NCBI GenBank assembly: GCA_014905635.1
Contig: JABVCE010000010.1
Coordinates: forward strand, 186,001 to 250,000
Source of the DNA: Scenedesmus sp. PABB004
Lineage: Eukaryota
Direction of reading: 5' to 3'
DNA length: 64,000 nt
The translations under genes and the position numbers were made by a program. This document shows positions 12,922 to 24,500 of this stretch, one piece after another. Every line of letters starts with the position of its first letter. The stretch's first letter is position 1. A model generated the notes under the pieces. The model had not been told where the DNA came from and searched no databases. It saw only the letters and a program-made list of their open reading frames with translations.

Positions 12922-13779
12922 TCACGCGCCGTGGTGCTGGCGCGTGACGAGCGGCAGCACCTGCAGCAGCGCCAGCTCCTCCTGCATGACCGCCAGGTCG
13001 GCATGCATCTGCTTCAGCGCCTCGAGCTGCTGCCACTTCAGCGCCATGGCCTCCGGCGGCACGCCGGCGCCGGCGCCGCCGCCGCCGCCGCCGCCGCCGG
13101 GCGGCCACGCCGCGCGCGGCGGCGCGCCGCCGTAGCCGTCATAGCCCTCGCACGGGGGCGGCGGGCTGCCGGCGCGGCGGCCGGGCGCGGACGCGCCGGC
13201 GCCGCCGCCGCCGCGCAGCGCGGCGGGCTCGTCGGCGCCGGCAGCCGCCGGGTCCTCGTCGGCCCGCTCAGCGGCCGTGCCGCCACTGCGGGGGTGGCCG
13301 CCGCCCAGCTCGCCCGCGAGCGCGACGACCTCCCCCGCACCGCGTGCAGCGCCTCCATAGCGGTGGCCATCGTGCGCTCGTGCTTGGCCGCCGCCGCGTC
13401 GCAGGCCGCCGCGACGGCGGTGCCGTCGCCGGCTGCGGCGCGCGCGGCCGCGAGCTTCTGCTGCAGCGCCAGCAGCTGCTGCACCTCCGCCTCCAGCATG
13501 TGCAGCGCCTTGGACGCCGCGCCGCCCGCTGCGCCGGGCTGCGGCTCGCCGCACGGCCGGTCGAGCTCATCCAGCGAGCCGGAGCTGGAAAAGCCGCTGC
13601 CGCAGCGCGCCACGCCGCCGCCGCCGCCGCGCCGCTGCGACGCCCCGGCTGCGGCTGGTGCGGCGCGTCGTGCTGGCCCGCCGCGGCGCCGCGCTCGCCG
13701 TCGCGGGGCGCCGCGCCTGCAGGCGCGCGGCGCACGCGCAGCGCCGCCACCATCTCCTCAGGGTCGGCGGGGCTGCCCA

Positions 13780-13812
<33 letters not shown>

Positions 13813-14907
13813 ACAGCGCCGCGGCGGCGTGCGCCGAGAGGGCGCTGCCGGCGCTGCGCGAGCTGCCGCCGCTGCCGGCGCGCTCGACCGAGCGCTCGCT
13901 GCGCAGCGGCGGGAACGGCAGGTCCACGCTGCGCCGCGCCGCGGCCCGGCCGCCGGCCAGCGCCGCGAGCTGCGCCTGCGTCAGCGCCGCGCCGTGGTGG
14001 TGGTGCGGCGCCGCGGCTGCCATGCTGCCCAGCATCGCGGCGTAGCCGGCCGTGAACCCCTCGTCGTAGCCGCCGGGCGGCCGCGGCGCCAGCGGCGGCT
14101 GCCGGTGCGGGTGGCCCCACGCGTCCCAGGGGCCGCCGCCCGGCGCGGGCGCGTGCCGCATCGCGTCGTGGCTGAGGCGCCGGCTCGTGCGCTCGTACGC
14201 GTAGCCGGCGCCGGCAACCGCCGCGGCGTGCGCGTGCGCGGCGTCCATGCTCTCGCGCCGCGCCACCGCCGCGGCGTGCGCGTGCGCGGCGTCGATGCTC
14301 TCGCGCCGCGCCACCGCCGCGGCGTGCGCGTGCGCGGCGTCGATGCTCGCGCGCCGGGCCGCCACGGCGGCGGCGGCGACGTCGAGGCTGTTGCGCCGCG
14401 CCGCAGCCATCGCGCGGTCGATGCTCGCGCGGCGGCTCTGCACCGCCACGGCGGCGGCGGCCGCCGCCGCGGCGATCTGGTGCTGCTGGCGCGCGTAGGG
14501 GCCGCCGGAGGGAGCGCTGGGGAAGCCCGGGCCGGGCCCCCCGCGCCGCCCGCGCTGCGGCGCGCCTGCAGCGCCGCGACCTGCTGCTGCAGCGCGGCGA
14601 GCTGGTGCGCATCGCAGTCCATCGACGCACGCGCATGTGGCTGGCTCGCGCTGCGCGGCTGCGGCGGGGCGGGCTCCGCGACGCACGCCGCCTGGTGCAC
14701 CTGCACGCTATAGCTGCTGCGCCGCGGGCGCTGGTCCTCTCCGTATCCGCCGCCGGGCGCGTGCAGCGCGTGGCGGGCCGCCGCCAGCGACGCGTCACCC
14801 GGCGCCGCGCAGCTGCGCGGCGCCTGCGCCGCCGGCGACGGCGCGAAGAGCGCGCTCTGCATCCACGTGCTCTGCGGCGACATCGCGTGCGCCGTGGCGA
14901 CCGACAT
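12922..14907 (-). CDS. Hypothetical RRxS-motif-rich protein with C-terminal coiled coil
   Basis: MSVATAHAMSPQ...; probable GC-AG intron after QVAALQ; three 16-aa repeats RR(A/E)S(I/M)DAAHAHAAAVA; C-terminal LHMLEAEVQQLLALQQKL and LKWQQLEALKQMHADL...HHGA*. One frame break near 13332-13336. Confidence 0.6.
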
Positions 14908-15675
14908 GTGGTGGCTCGGCCACGCGCGCTGCGCGGGCTCGAGGGGCCGCCGCGGGCGCCGTGCGTGGCACCTGCGACGCGGGAGGCCGGGTCAGGCAGG
15001 GCGGCGGGCGCGGCGGGCGCGGACGGCAACGCGGGGGCCCGGGGCAGCCCCGGGCCCGCGAGCGCGCCGCGGCAGCGACGCGCCGCGCGCGCGCGGCGGC
15101 GCACCCGGGGCACTGCGGGCCGGCCGAAATGCGCGGGCGCCGGCGTGATGGACGCCCTGCGCGGGGCGCTAATCTGCGCGCTGGCGCTCGCCGCGCCGGA
15201 CGCGTTCGTGCTTGCGGGCAGCGTGCCCGAGCCGCGAGCTGGTCTGTGCGCGGCGCGGCGGCGCGCGCGCGTCGAGGGCTGGTCCAAGGCCTGGCAGCCC
15301 GAGCGGCGGTCCGCCCTGCGCCCGCCGACCACCACCGCGGAGCGCTGACCGCGCGCGTGTGGGAGCGACTGCCGCGCGGCGGCGCGGGCCCTGGTGTGCA
15401 CCCCCGGCGGCGAGGCTCGGGCGCGGGCGCGGGTGGCGGCGGCGGCGGCAGCGCGGGCGGCGGCGCAGGGGCACTGTTGCAGCGCCTCGTCGGGCGGCGC
15501 GAATAAAAGCTGCCGCGCAGCAGCAGCAGCAGCAGCAGCAGAAGCAACGCTCCACGCGCCCGCGGCGAGGCACGCGCGCGCGCGCGCGCAGTCGCGACGC
15601 GAACTTGCCGGCGCGCGCCGCGCGCGCCCCTCAGTGCGCGCTGACCTGGCGCACGAGCTCGTCGCGCTGCATCAC
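14228..15675 (-). repeat. Right arm of ~1.4-kb inverted duplication; includes an orphan copy of the EML 3' end (15631-15675)
   Basis: 58 bp longer than the left arm, accounted for by one extra 48-bp unit, a 12-bp insertion, one fewer Ala codon and one extra homopolymer base. Confidence 0.95.
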
Positions 15676-16359
15676 ATCCACAGCTCCTCCTCCCCATCTG
15701 CAGCCCCACCAGCCCGGCCGCCGCCAGCCCCGCCTCACGCAGCCGTTGAGAGCCGAAAATGGTCGTCGCGCCGCGCGCGCACGAAAAGAAAAAAACTCCA
15801 GCACTGCGCGCCCGCGGGCGGCTCTGAGCAGTGCGGCGCCCCAAACCAGTGCAGTGTGTGTGTGTGCGCGCCCGCCCACGTGCCGGCCCGCGCTCGCCGC
15901 CGCGCCATTCTCGCGGCGGCCGTCGCGCGGCGTGCTCCGTGGTGGGAGTGGAGCGCGTGTGGCGCGCGAGGCGCGCCGCGCTTGTTTTGTGCGCCCGGAA
16001 AGCAGTGCGCTGCAGTGTGACGGCCAGCGCCGCCGCTGGGGCGGCGGCGGAGGCAAACAGATTATGAGTCGGCGGGAGGCGTGCCGAGGTGAGACGCTCG
16101 GCGTCTTATGGGGAAGGGGGCGCGCCCCGCAGGGCACGGGGCGCGCGCGCGTCGCGCTTGTGCGCGTGCGTCGCGCCAGTGGCGCGTGTGTGGTGGTTCA
16201 AGTCGTCGAAAGAACGCAATGTAAAGAGAGCCGTCGACAGGCCCCGCGCGCCGCGCGGTCAGGCCCGCCAGAATCGAGAGAAATCCTGCACACCTAAACC
16301 GGGGGGGGGGGTGGTGTCGGCGGGCGCGCGCGGGGCCCATTCGGGCCGCGCCGCGCGCG

Positions 16360-17844
16360 TCACGGGCAGCGGCCAGTCGCCGCGACGGCCGCCGCCTCGA
16401 GCGCTGCCTCAACCTCCAGCGCGCGCGCCAGGGCCTCCTCGTGCATGCGCGCCGCGGCGGCGCAGGCCGCGGCGAGCGCGCTGCCCGCGGGCGCGGCGGC
16501 CGCCGCGACCGACAGCTGGCCGCGCAGCTGCAGCAGCAGCGCCAGCTCCTGGTGCACCATGCCCAGCGTCGACAGCGTCTGCACCTGGCGCAGGCCGCAC
16601 CCGGGCGCGTCGCGGGGCGACGTCGGCGGCGGCTCGGCGGTGGGGCCGCGCAGCTCGGGGACGTACGTGAGCCCGCAGAAGAGCAGCTCCGCCATGTCGG
16701 CACTGCTCAGGCGCTCCAGCACGCTGTGCGGCCCGCACGGCGAGCTGGCGGGCAGGGCCACCGCCGACGCCGGCAGCGGCCCGCTGGCGCAGGGCCTGGG
16801 GGCCCAGCCTCCCATGGGCGAGGCGCCGCCGAACGCCGCCCAGCCGGAGCCACTCGCGCAGCTGCCGGCGCCCGGCGGCGACTCGCCCGCGTCGCCGGCT
16901 GGCCACCCCGGCGGCGAGCCGGGCAGTGCGCTCGCGCTCGCACGGCGCGCGTGCGGCGAGCCGGCGCCGCCGCCGCCGACCGGCGCGGCTGGCCACCCCG
17001 ACGGCGAGCCGGGCAGCGCGCTCGTGCTGGCCCGGCGCGCGGGCGGCGAGCCGGCGTCGCCTCCGCCCAAGGCCGGCGCGGCGGGCGCGCCCCAGGGCGG
17101 CGGCGGGGCGCCCGGCGCGGGGTCCTCGCAGGGCGGCTCCCAGAGCGCCTCGCCGAGGCGGCGCAGCTCCGCGAGCAGCTCCAGCTCCAGCTGCTGCTCC
17201 CACGCCGCGAGCGCAGCGGCCTGCGCCGCCGGGCCGCCGCGGGCCACGCCGCCGCCACCGGCGCTGTCGCAGCAGCTCGCGCGGCGCGAGCGCATCATGA
17301 GCGGCACACCCTCGGGGATCATGCAGCACGACGTGCGCCGCGCGCGCCGCCCGCAGCGCGGCGACGCCGGCGACCGCGGCGACAGCACGGCGCCCGCGTC
17401 GCCCCACGCGCCGTCCGGCGCGCCGGCCCAGCGCGCGCGCTGCAGCATCGCCAGGCGCTGGTGGAACGCGATCGCCTCCGCCGCGCTCGCGCCGACGCAG
17501 TAGCTCGCGCGCCGCAGCGGCGCCGGCGGCTCGCGCGCCGCCGCGGCCGCCGCGGCCGCCTCGGCCTCGCTGCTCGTGCGGCGCAGCGGCTCTGCCGCGC
17601 CGCGCGCCGCCTTGGGCGCGCGGGGCAGGACGCCGGCGCCGGAGAAGAAGCGCGCCGCCCAGTCCACGTCGCCGCCGCCGGCGGCGGCCACGGCGAGCGC
17701 GCCGTCGCCGCCCACCGCGCTCGCATCAGCTCCTTCCGTCGCGCGGCGGGCGGCATCATCGAAGGCTACGATCGCTGGAGCGGCCGCGGCCGCGTGATGG
17801 GCCGCGGAGCGCCCCAGCTCGCCGGGCAGCCGGGCTGCTCCCAT
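16360..17844 (-). CDS. Hypothetical RRxS-motif-rich protein, probable paralogue of 12922-14907
   Basis: Single long ORF (ATG at 17844) with RRTSS, RRASY, RRTSC, RRASC, RRAST, RRASA and a C-terminal helix that aligns with the neighbouring gene. Confidence 0.6.
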   Translation of the reverse strand: MGAARLPGELGRSAAHHAAAAAPAIVAFDDAARRATEGADASAVGGDGALAVAAAGGGDVDWAARFFSGAGVLPRAPKAARGAAEPLRRTSSEAEAAAAAAAAREPPAPLRRASYCVGASAAEAIAFHQRLAMLQRARWAGAPDGAWGDAGAVLSPRSPASPRCGRRARRTSCCMIPEGVPLMMRSRRASCCDSAGGGGVARGGPAAQAAALAAWEQQLELELLAELRRLGEALWEPPCEDPAPGAPPPPWGAPAAPALGGGDAGSPPARRASTSALPGSPSGWPAAPVGGGGAGSPHARRASASALPGSPPGWPAGDAGESPPGAGSCASGSGWAAFGGASPMGGWAPRPCASGPLPASAVALPASSPCGPHSVLERLSSADMAELLFCGLTYVPELRGPTAEPPPTSPRDAPGCGLRQVQTLSTLGMVHQELALLLQLRGQLSVAAAAAPAGSALAAACAAAARMHEEALARALEVEAALEAAAVAATGRCP

Positions 17845-18233
17845 TGGCGCCCCGCCCGCCTCTGCCGCAGCCCGCCCGGCTCCGCGCGGGCCCGAGACAA
17901 CTGCGCTCAGACCGCTGTCATGCTGCGGCGGATCGGTGGCGCCGCACGACGCGCGCGGCCAGCGCAGCTGGCGGCACGTCGCTGCCAAGATTTGGTCTCT
18001 GAAAGCTGCGGCGAGACGCTGCCGGACGCTCTCACGTGCTTGAGAATGGGACTGGCTGCAACCCGGCCGCGGCACAGGGGCTGAGGTCGAGGAGGGGAGA
18101 GGCAGGTCGGTGGGTGGTCGTATCTATCACCGCGGGGCACCGCAGCAGGGCCCGGGCGGTGCATCCAGCGCGGCTTTCGTGCCACGAGCACGTACGGCCT
18201 GGGCGTGCGCTCGGCGCAGCCGCAGGCGTGGTG

Positions 18234-21200
18234 TCATTGCGGCGCCGGCTTGGCCCCGCCGCCGGCCGCCGGCACGCCGCCGCGCCGGCCACCGCCGTCC
18301 GCCGCCGCCGGCGCGGCGGTGAGCCCGCCCCAGCCGTACACGACAAGGCCCGCCGCCCGCAGCGCTGCCGGCTCCGGCGGGCCGCCGCGCTCGCGCCGCG
18401 CCGCGGCCCACACAGCCTCGGCGAGGCTGCGGCCGGCGCCGAGGCCGCGCAGCACGGCGCCGGCGAGGCCCAGGTGCCCCGCGGGCGTCGCGGCGGCCGT
18501 CGCCACCGCGACCGCCCGCACGCCGCGCGCGAGCAGCAGCATGGCCGCGCGCGTGGGGCCCTCGGGCGCGCGCCCGAGAGCGACGGCGTCCTCGTCCCCG
18601 TCACGCGGCGTGCACGCCGCGGCAGGCGCCCCGCGCTCGGGCAGCCGGTCGAGCACCAGCGCCGCGGCGCAGCCGCTCAGGTCGAGCTCCGCGACTGCGT
18701 GCGGCGGCACGTGGCGCAGCAGGCGCCCCGGCGCCAGGAACAGCAGCCCGCGCGCGCCCGCCATCAGCCGCGCCAGCGCCGCTGCCGGCGGCGCACGCCC
18801 CGGCGCGCCCGCCAGGCCCTGCCACTCGCGGCCGAGGGGCTCGAGCAGCTGCTCTCGCAGCGCGGGCAGCAGCGGCGGCGCGTAGAGCCCGCCCGGCCCA
18901 GCGCTGAGCTCGTGCGCCGGGTCGGCGACGTAGGTCAGGCCGCCGAGGCTCAGCGGCGCGGGCGCCGCCGCCGCCAGCGCCGCGAGCTGCGCCGCGCTGA
19001 AGCACCGCACCGCGGCGCAGCAGGCCGCTTGCAGCCAAGGCAGCGCCTCCCACGGCAGCAGGCAGAGCTCCGGGTCGAGCAGCAGCTGCACGCTCAGCAG
19101 CGCCGGCGCCGCGGCGGGGCTCGCCGCCTGGGCGGCAGCAGCAGCCTTTGCACCGCCGGCCCGGCCCAGCCTGCTGCCGCCCGGCGCGCCGGCGGCGCCC
19201 GGCTTGGCGTCGGCCGCGGCGTCGAGCTGCGCGGCGCGCGGCGGCAGTGCGCGCAGCAGCAGCCCCGCCAGTGGCTGAAGCAGCACCTCGAACTGCGGGC
19301 GGCGGCGTCCGCGGCGGCGCGTGAGCGCGGGCGGCGCAGGCGCTGGCCCACCGCGCGGCGCCCGCACCTCGCGCATGAGCTGATCCCACTCCTCGTCCAG
19401 CTCTGGCGCAAACACGGGCGCCACGGGCAGCCACTCCGCCTCGTCTGCGCCCGCTGCGTCACTGGCCTTGCCCCCGGCGGCCCTGCTGTCCCTGCCGCCG
19501 GGCTTGCCACCGGGCCCGCCGGCGGCGGCGGCGCCCGCCTTTCTGGGCCCGGGCACGGCCGGCGCGGGAGCCCCCGCCGCCGCACCGGCAGCGGCCGCGG
19601 GCCGCGGCGGCGGCAGGCTGGTGACCTGCACGACGTGCTTCCGCAGCCGGCGGCGGTGCGCCCTGAACCGGGCCACCAGCACCTCGAGCGCGCTCTGCGG
19701 CACAGGCGCGGCGCCGACAACCGCAAACGACGCCTCCCCGCCTGCTGCGCCCGCCGGCGCCGCCGCCGCGCTGCCGAGCCTGCGCACGGCCGGCAGCGCT
19801 GGCGCCGGCGCCGGCGCCGGCGCTTGCGGCGGCGCGGGCTCCGTGCCCCAGGCCGCCGCCAGCAGCTCCTCGCGCGCCGCATCGTAGTGCAGGAGTAGCA
19901 GCCGCTGCTCTGGCTGCAGCCCCGACAGCAGCGGCGCCAGCGTCGCGGGCGGGCCGACGCAGAGCCGCTCGGCGGTGACGCCGACCGCCGCCAGCGCCTG
20001 CCGCGCCTGCGGCGTCGGCGGCGCGCCGCATGAGCCAGCGGCGGGCGAGCCGGCCAGCAGCTGCAGGCGGGCGGGCCAGCGCGCAGGGCGCAGCCGCCGC
20101 CGGGCAGCTGCGCCGCACCTGGGCGCCAAAGGCGCTGGTGGCGGCGTCGGGCGCGACCCGCGCCAGCTGCTCCAGCTGCTCCTGCAGCACAAGCTCTGGG
20201 TGGCCCTTCCCAAACGCGCACCTGCGGGCGAGGCGGGGGTCAGTGCCTCCCAGCCGCGCGCCACGCGCCGCGCGCGGCGCGCGCTGCCGGACTGGCGCTG
20301 CGCGCACCGCCTGAACATGCCGGCGACTGTGTCGGACGACTGGCATCCCTGCGCGACCGCCAGGCACGCCGCCGCGCGCGCGGGCTGCAGCAGGCCGTGG
20401 CAGCGCGCGAGCGCGAGCGCCGCCTCGCGGGCCGCGCCGAACGCCTGGGCTTCGAGCGCGTCGTCCAGCGCCTGGCCCAGGACCTCTACGGCCTCCGCCA
20501 GTGGCTGCACCGCGCCCGGCGGCACCGTCCGGCCTTCGGTCAGACCCTCGGTCGGACCCTCCCGCGCCGCCGCGCTCGGCTCCGCAGGCCCGCGCGCCGC
20601 CCCATCCACGCTGCGCTCGGTGGCCGCGCTGCCCTCCGGGGCAGGCGGCGACGAGCCGCGCTGCGCCGGCCAGGGCGCCCAGCACGCGTCCGTGTCAAAC
20701 GCGGCCGGGTCTGCCCGCGACAGCACGCCGCTGCCGGAGCTGCTTGCGAGCTCGCGCAGCATCGCGGCGTGCGCCTGCTGCGCACGCGCCCGGCCCGCTA
20801 CGACGAGCGCCGCGGCGCGCTCGCCGGGCGCGGCCGCCAGCGCGGCGGCCGCCGCCTCGGCGTGCGCCAGCGCCAGCTCGTGGAAAGGCGCGGTGCTGTC
20901 GCCGCCTGCCTGCCCGTCCAAGAACGCGATAACCGCCGCCGCGTCGCGCCCCGCCACGGTCGGGAACGCCGGCCGCCGCGCGGCGTCGGCCGCCGCGAGC
21001 GCCAGCGCCTGCGACCCCAGCTGCAGCTCCACGCGCGCAAGGTGCAGCCGCACGGCAGCGAGGGCGCGCGCCGCGGGCATGCTGGCGGGTGCGGCGACGG
21101 CTGGCCCGGCAGGAGGGCTCGCCGAGGCCAGCAGCGCACCCGCCTCGCGCTCGGCAACCTGCAGCACCTGCCGCACCGCCAGCAGCAGCGGCCGCTCGTC

Positions 21201-21506
21201 CAGCGGCTGCGCCGCGCCCTGGCGCTGCTGCGGCCGGCGAGGGTCGGCCAGCATCAGCTCCGCCGTCGCCGTCAGCGCCGCCACCCGGGGCAGCACCGCG
21301 CCCGCGTCCGCGAGCTCCGCCGCCGCCCCCTGCACCAGCGCCAGCGCCCGCGCGTGCCGCTGCGCCGCCGCCGCGGGCTCGCCGTCCAGAGTGTGCTGCC
21401 GCGCCCCCGCCGCCAGGCGTTGCGCCAGCGCCAGCTTGATCGGCCACGCGGCCCGCACCGCCAGGTGAGCCGCAGGCGCGCCCTCCCTGCCCGGCAGCGG
21501 CGGCGC

Positions 21507-21586
<80 letters not shown>

Positions 21587-24500
21587 CACGAGTCAGGAGC
21601 CTGCCTGTGCGCAGCGCAAGACTGCCTTGCCCCCCACCCCCGCCCAAGGCTCACCTTTCTAGCGCGCCCAGCATCGCCAGGCCGCCCTCCAGCGCTGAGG
21701 CCGCGTCGTGTCGCCCGCCTCGGCGCACGCCGCCACACACCGCCGCATACAGCTGCACACTCTCTGCCCACAGCTCCAGCGGGCCGCCGAGGGCCTGCGC
21801 CGCCTGCAGCAGCGCGACGGCCCGCTCCGGCTGGTGCGCAGCTGCCGCGAGGCGGGCCTGCAGGAGCAGCGCCTCTGCCTCGGCGTCAGCGTCGCCCTCG
21901 GACCTGCGCACGGGTTGGCGGCCGCGCGGCGCGCAGCCGTCGGCGCGCCGCAGCGTGGGCTGGCAGCGCGGGCAGTGGCCGCCGCGCCCCCACCTGGCCA
22001 GGTCCAGCGCCGCGCCGCACAGCCGCGCCGCGGCTGGGTGCTGGGCTCGATCTGCCAAAAAGCGGGCGATGCGAAGCCACGCGCCCTGCAGCGCCACGGG
22101 CCGCAGCCAGCTCACGAGCGCACCCGGCGCGCCGCGCGCTGCCCCGGCGCGCAGCACCCCGCCGCCGCCGCTGCTCGCGGCGGCGCCAGTTGGGCTGCTG
22201 AGCCAGGCTCGGAGCGTCGACGGCTCTACATGCTGCAGCGCGGCCAGCAGGAACCCAGCGTGAGGCAGCGACTCAGAGTCGTCGGGGGAGTCGCAAGCGC
22301 TGTCGGCGGGCGCCGCCGCGGCGGAGCCGCCGCCAGCCGCCGCGTCTGCGGCCGCGGCCGCCCCGGACGCACGGCCGAGCAGCCGCGCCGCCAGCCGCTG
22401 CACCGCCGCCTGCTGCGCCGCCTGCTGCAGCTGCGGCGCGCTCGGCCAGGCCTCGGGCGCTGCCAGCACAAGCCAGATCTCAGCGTCGCTGCCCAGTCCC
22501 AGGGCCTCGCATTGCGCCGCCAGCTGCAGCGCCAGCGCGGCCGCAAGCGCCGCGTCGTCGCACGCAGCCAGCGCCAGCAGCCGCGCCAGCTGCAGCACCG
22601 GCAGCGCATGCAGGTGGTGCCCCGCAGTGCCCAGCTCCGCCGCCAGCCGCTCCAGCGCCGCAAGCAGGAGATCTGGCGCTGCGCTGAGCGGCCGGCTGCC
22701 GGCAGCCAGGGCGGCCAGCAGCGCGGGCGGCGGCACCCAGCCCGCCCAGTCCAGCAGCTCGGTGGGGACGGCCGGCGGCTCCGCGACGGCGCCGCCGGCC
22801 GCGCCCACCGCCCCGCCAGCCGCGCCCGCCGCCTCGCCGGGCCCGCCCGGCGCTGAGTCGGCCGCGGGCGGCTCAAGAACCGCGCCGCTGCCCGCCTCGT
22901 GCGGCTGAGCGGCCGCAGCAGCAGGCGCCGCTGCCGCCAGCGCGCTGGTGAGCAGCTGGCACGCGCGCCGCTGCGCGTGCAGCAGGTGCTGTTGCCGGTC
23001 CGCAGCCGACGGCGCGACGTGCGAGAGCAGCACCAGCGCGCGGATCAGCTGGTCCAGCTGCCGGGGCGAGAGGCCCTGCGGGCCCGCGGCAGCCTCGGAC
23101 TCGAGGCGCTCGGCCCCCGCCGGGCTGCCGGCCCTGCCGGCCGCGATGGCGCTGGCCGCGCCGCTGCGGCGCCGCGCGGCGCCGGGGGCGGGCGCCGTGC
23201 CGCCGCGCTGGCCCTGCGGTGAGGCGGCGCGGCCGCCGCAGTCCAGGGGCGAGGCGTCATGTGCGTCGGACGCGCCCGCCGCCTCGAACTCCAGCAGCGT
23301 GGCCACCGCGCCGCGCAGCAGCGCCTCAGGGTGGGGCGCCTCGTCGCCAACCGGCTCGCCGCCGCCGCCGCCGGCCGTGGAAAGCCAGCCAGCCAGGTCC
23401 AGGGCGTGCTCCACCGCGTCCAGGGCGTGGCCCTGCGACGCCGCGAGCCCCGCCTGCCGCGCGGCGAGCTGCTCGCGCCGCGAGGGCACGGCGCGCGCGA
23501 AGCACAGCCACGCGTGCGCCTGCGCGCAGGTGTTGCGGGCGGGCGCTGGCCTCGGCGGCGTCCGTGCACGTGCACGCGCGCGCACCCGCGCAGCGCCTGC
23601 CAGCGCGGCGCGCGCCAGCGCCGACCTTGGCCTGGTGCGTGTTGAGCTCTGACAGCAGGCGGTTGAAGTCCTCGCCCGCCCGGCCGCTGGTGCGCGCGAT
23701 GCACGCCGCGCGCCAGCCCGCCGCCGCGAGCGCCGCGTCGCCAGCGGGCCCGGCCGCGCTCAGCGGCAGGGCGCGGTGCAGCGCCTCCATCTGGAGCCGT
23801 GCGGCGGCCCAGTCGCCGGCTGACGCGAGGCACTCGCACAGCAGCGTGTTGCACGCCACCTGACCGAGGGGGAATAGGCGGGGGGGGGGGGGGGGGGGAT
23901 CGCACAGCGCACACAGCACGCCTGCCCCCTCCCACAAACACAAACCTGGAAGCGCACGTCGACGGGGCGTGTGGCGTTGAGCGCCGCCGACACGGCGCGA
24001 AGGTGCGGAATCGCCGCCGCGCGGGTGAGCGGCGTGGACAGCAGCAGCCCCCCGCCCGCCGTGCACGCGTTCCAGGCGTGCCGCGCGGCGGCGTCAGCCA
24101 GGTCCGCGCGCCCGACCGCGCCGGCGAGCGCGGCGGCGGCGGCGTGGTGGCCCAGCGCCGCGTGCACCAGCGCCAGCTGCGCCGCGGCGTCCTGCTCCGC
24201 CGCCGGCGGTGCGAGCAGCGCCAACGTCGCCTGCCCATCGGCCATCTCCGCGACAGCCGCCCAGTAGCCGCGCGCGCCCCGCAGCGACGCAGGCAGCGCG
24301 CCGCCGCCGCCGCCGCGCACGAGGGCCGGCAGGTCCCGCGCGACGCCGGGCGGCAGCGCGGCACGCGCCGCCGCCGCGCACTCGCGCGCGCTCGCCCAGC
24401 AGCCGTGCCGGGCCGCGGCGCGCGCCAGCTGCGCCCAGAGCTCCTGGTGCGCGGCCGGCGAAGAGGCGAGCAGGGCCATGGCGCCGCGGAGTTCCTGCTC

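Noticed and set aside
14222..14370. 48-bp tandem repeats as a CRISPR-like array
   Set aside because: In-frame coding repeats without unique spacers, in a eukaryotic gene with no cas genes.
14537..14542. Frameshift in the RRxS gene shared by both arms
   Set aside because: Resolved by a phase-0 GC-AG intron (CTGCAG|GCGCGC...CGCCAG|CAGCAC), which also contains the 12-bp indel between the arms.
10465..15675. Long inverted repeats read as DNA transposon TIRs
   Set aside because: The arms consist of host gene sequence, with no transposase and no visible target-site duplication.
18234..19300. CHAT/separase-like region as a novel protease
   Set aside because: Fits the C-terminus of CFAP46, and no clear catalytic His/Cys dyad is visible.
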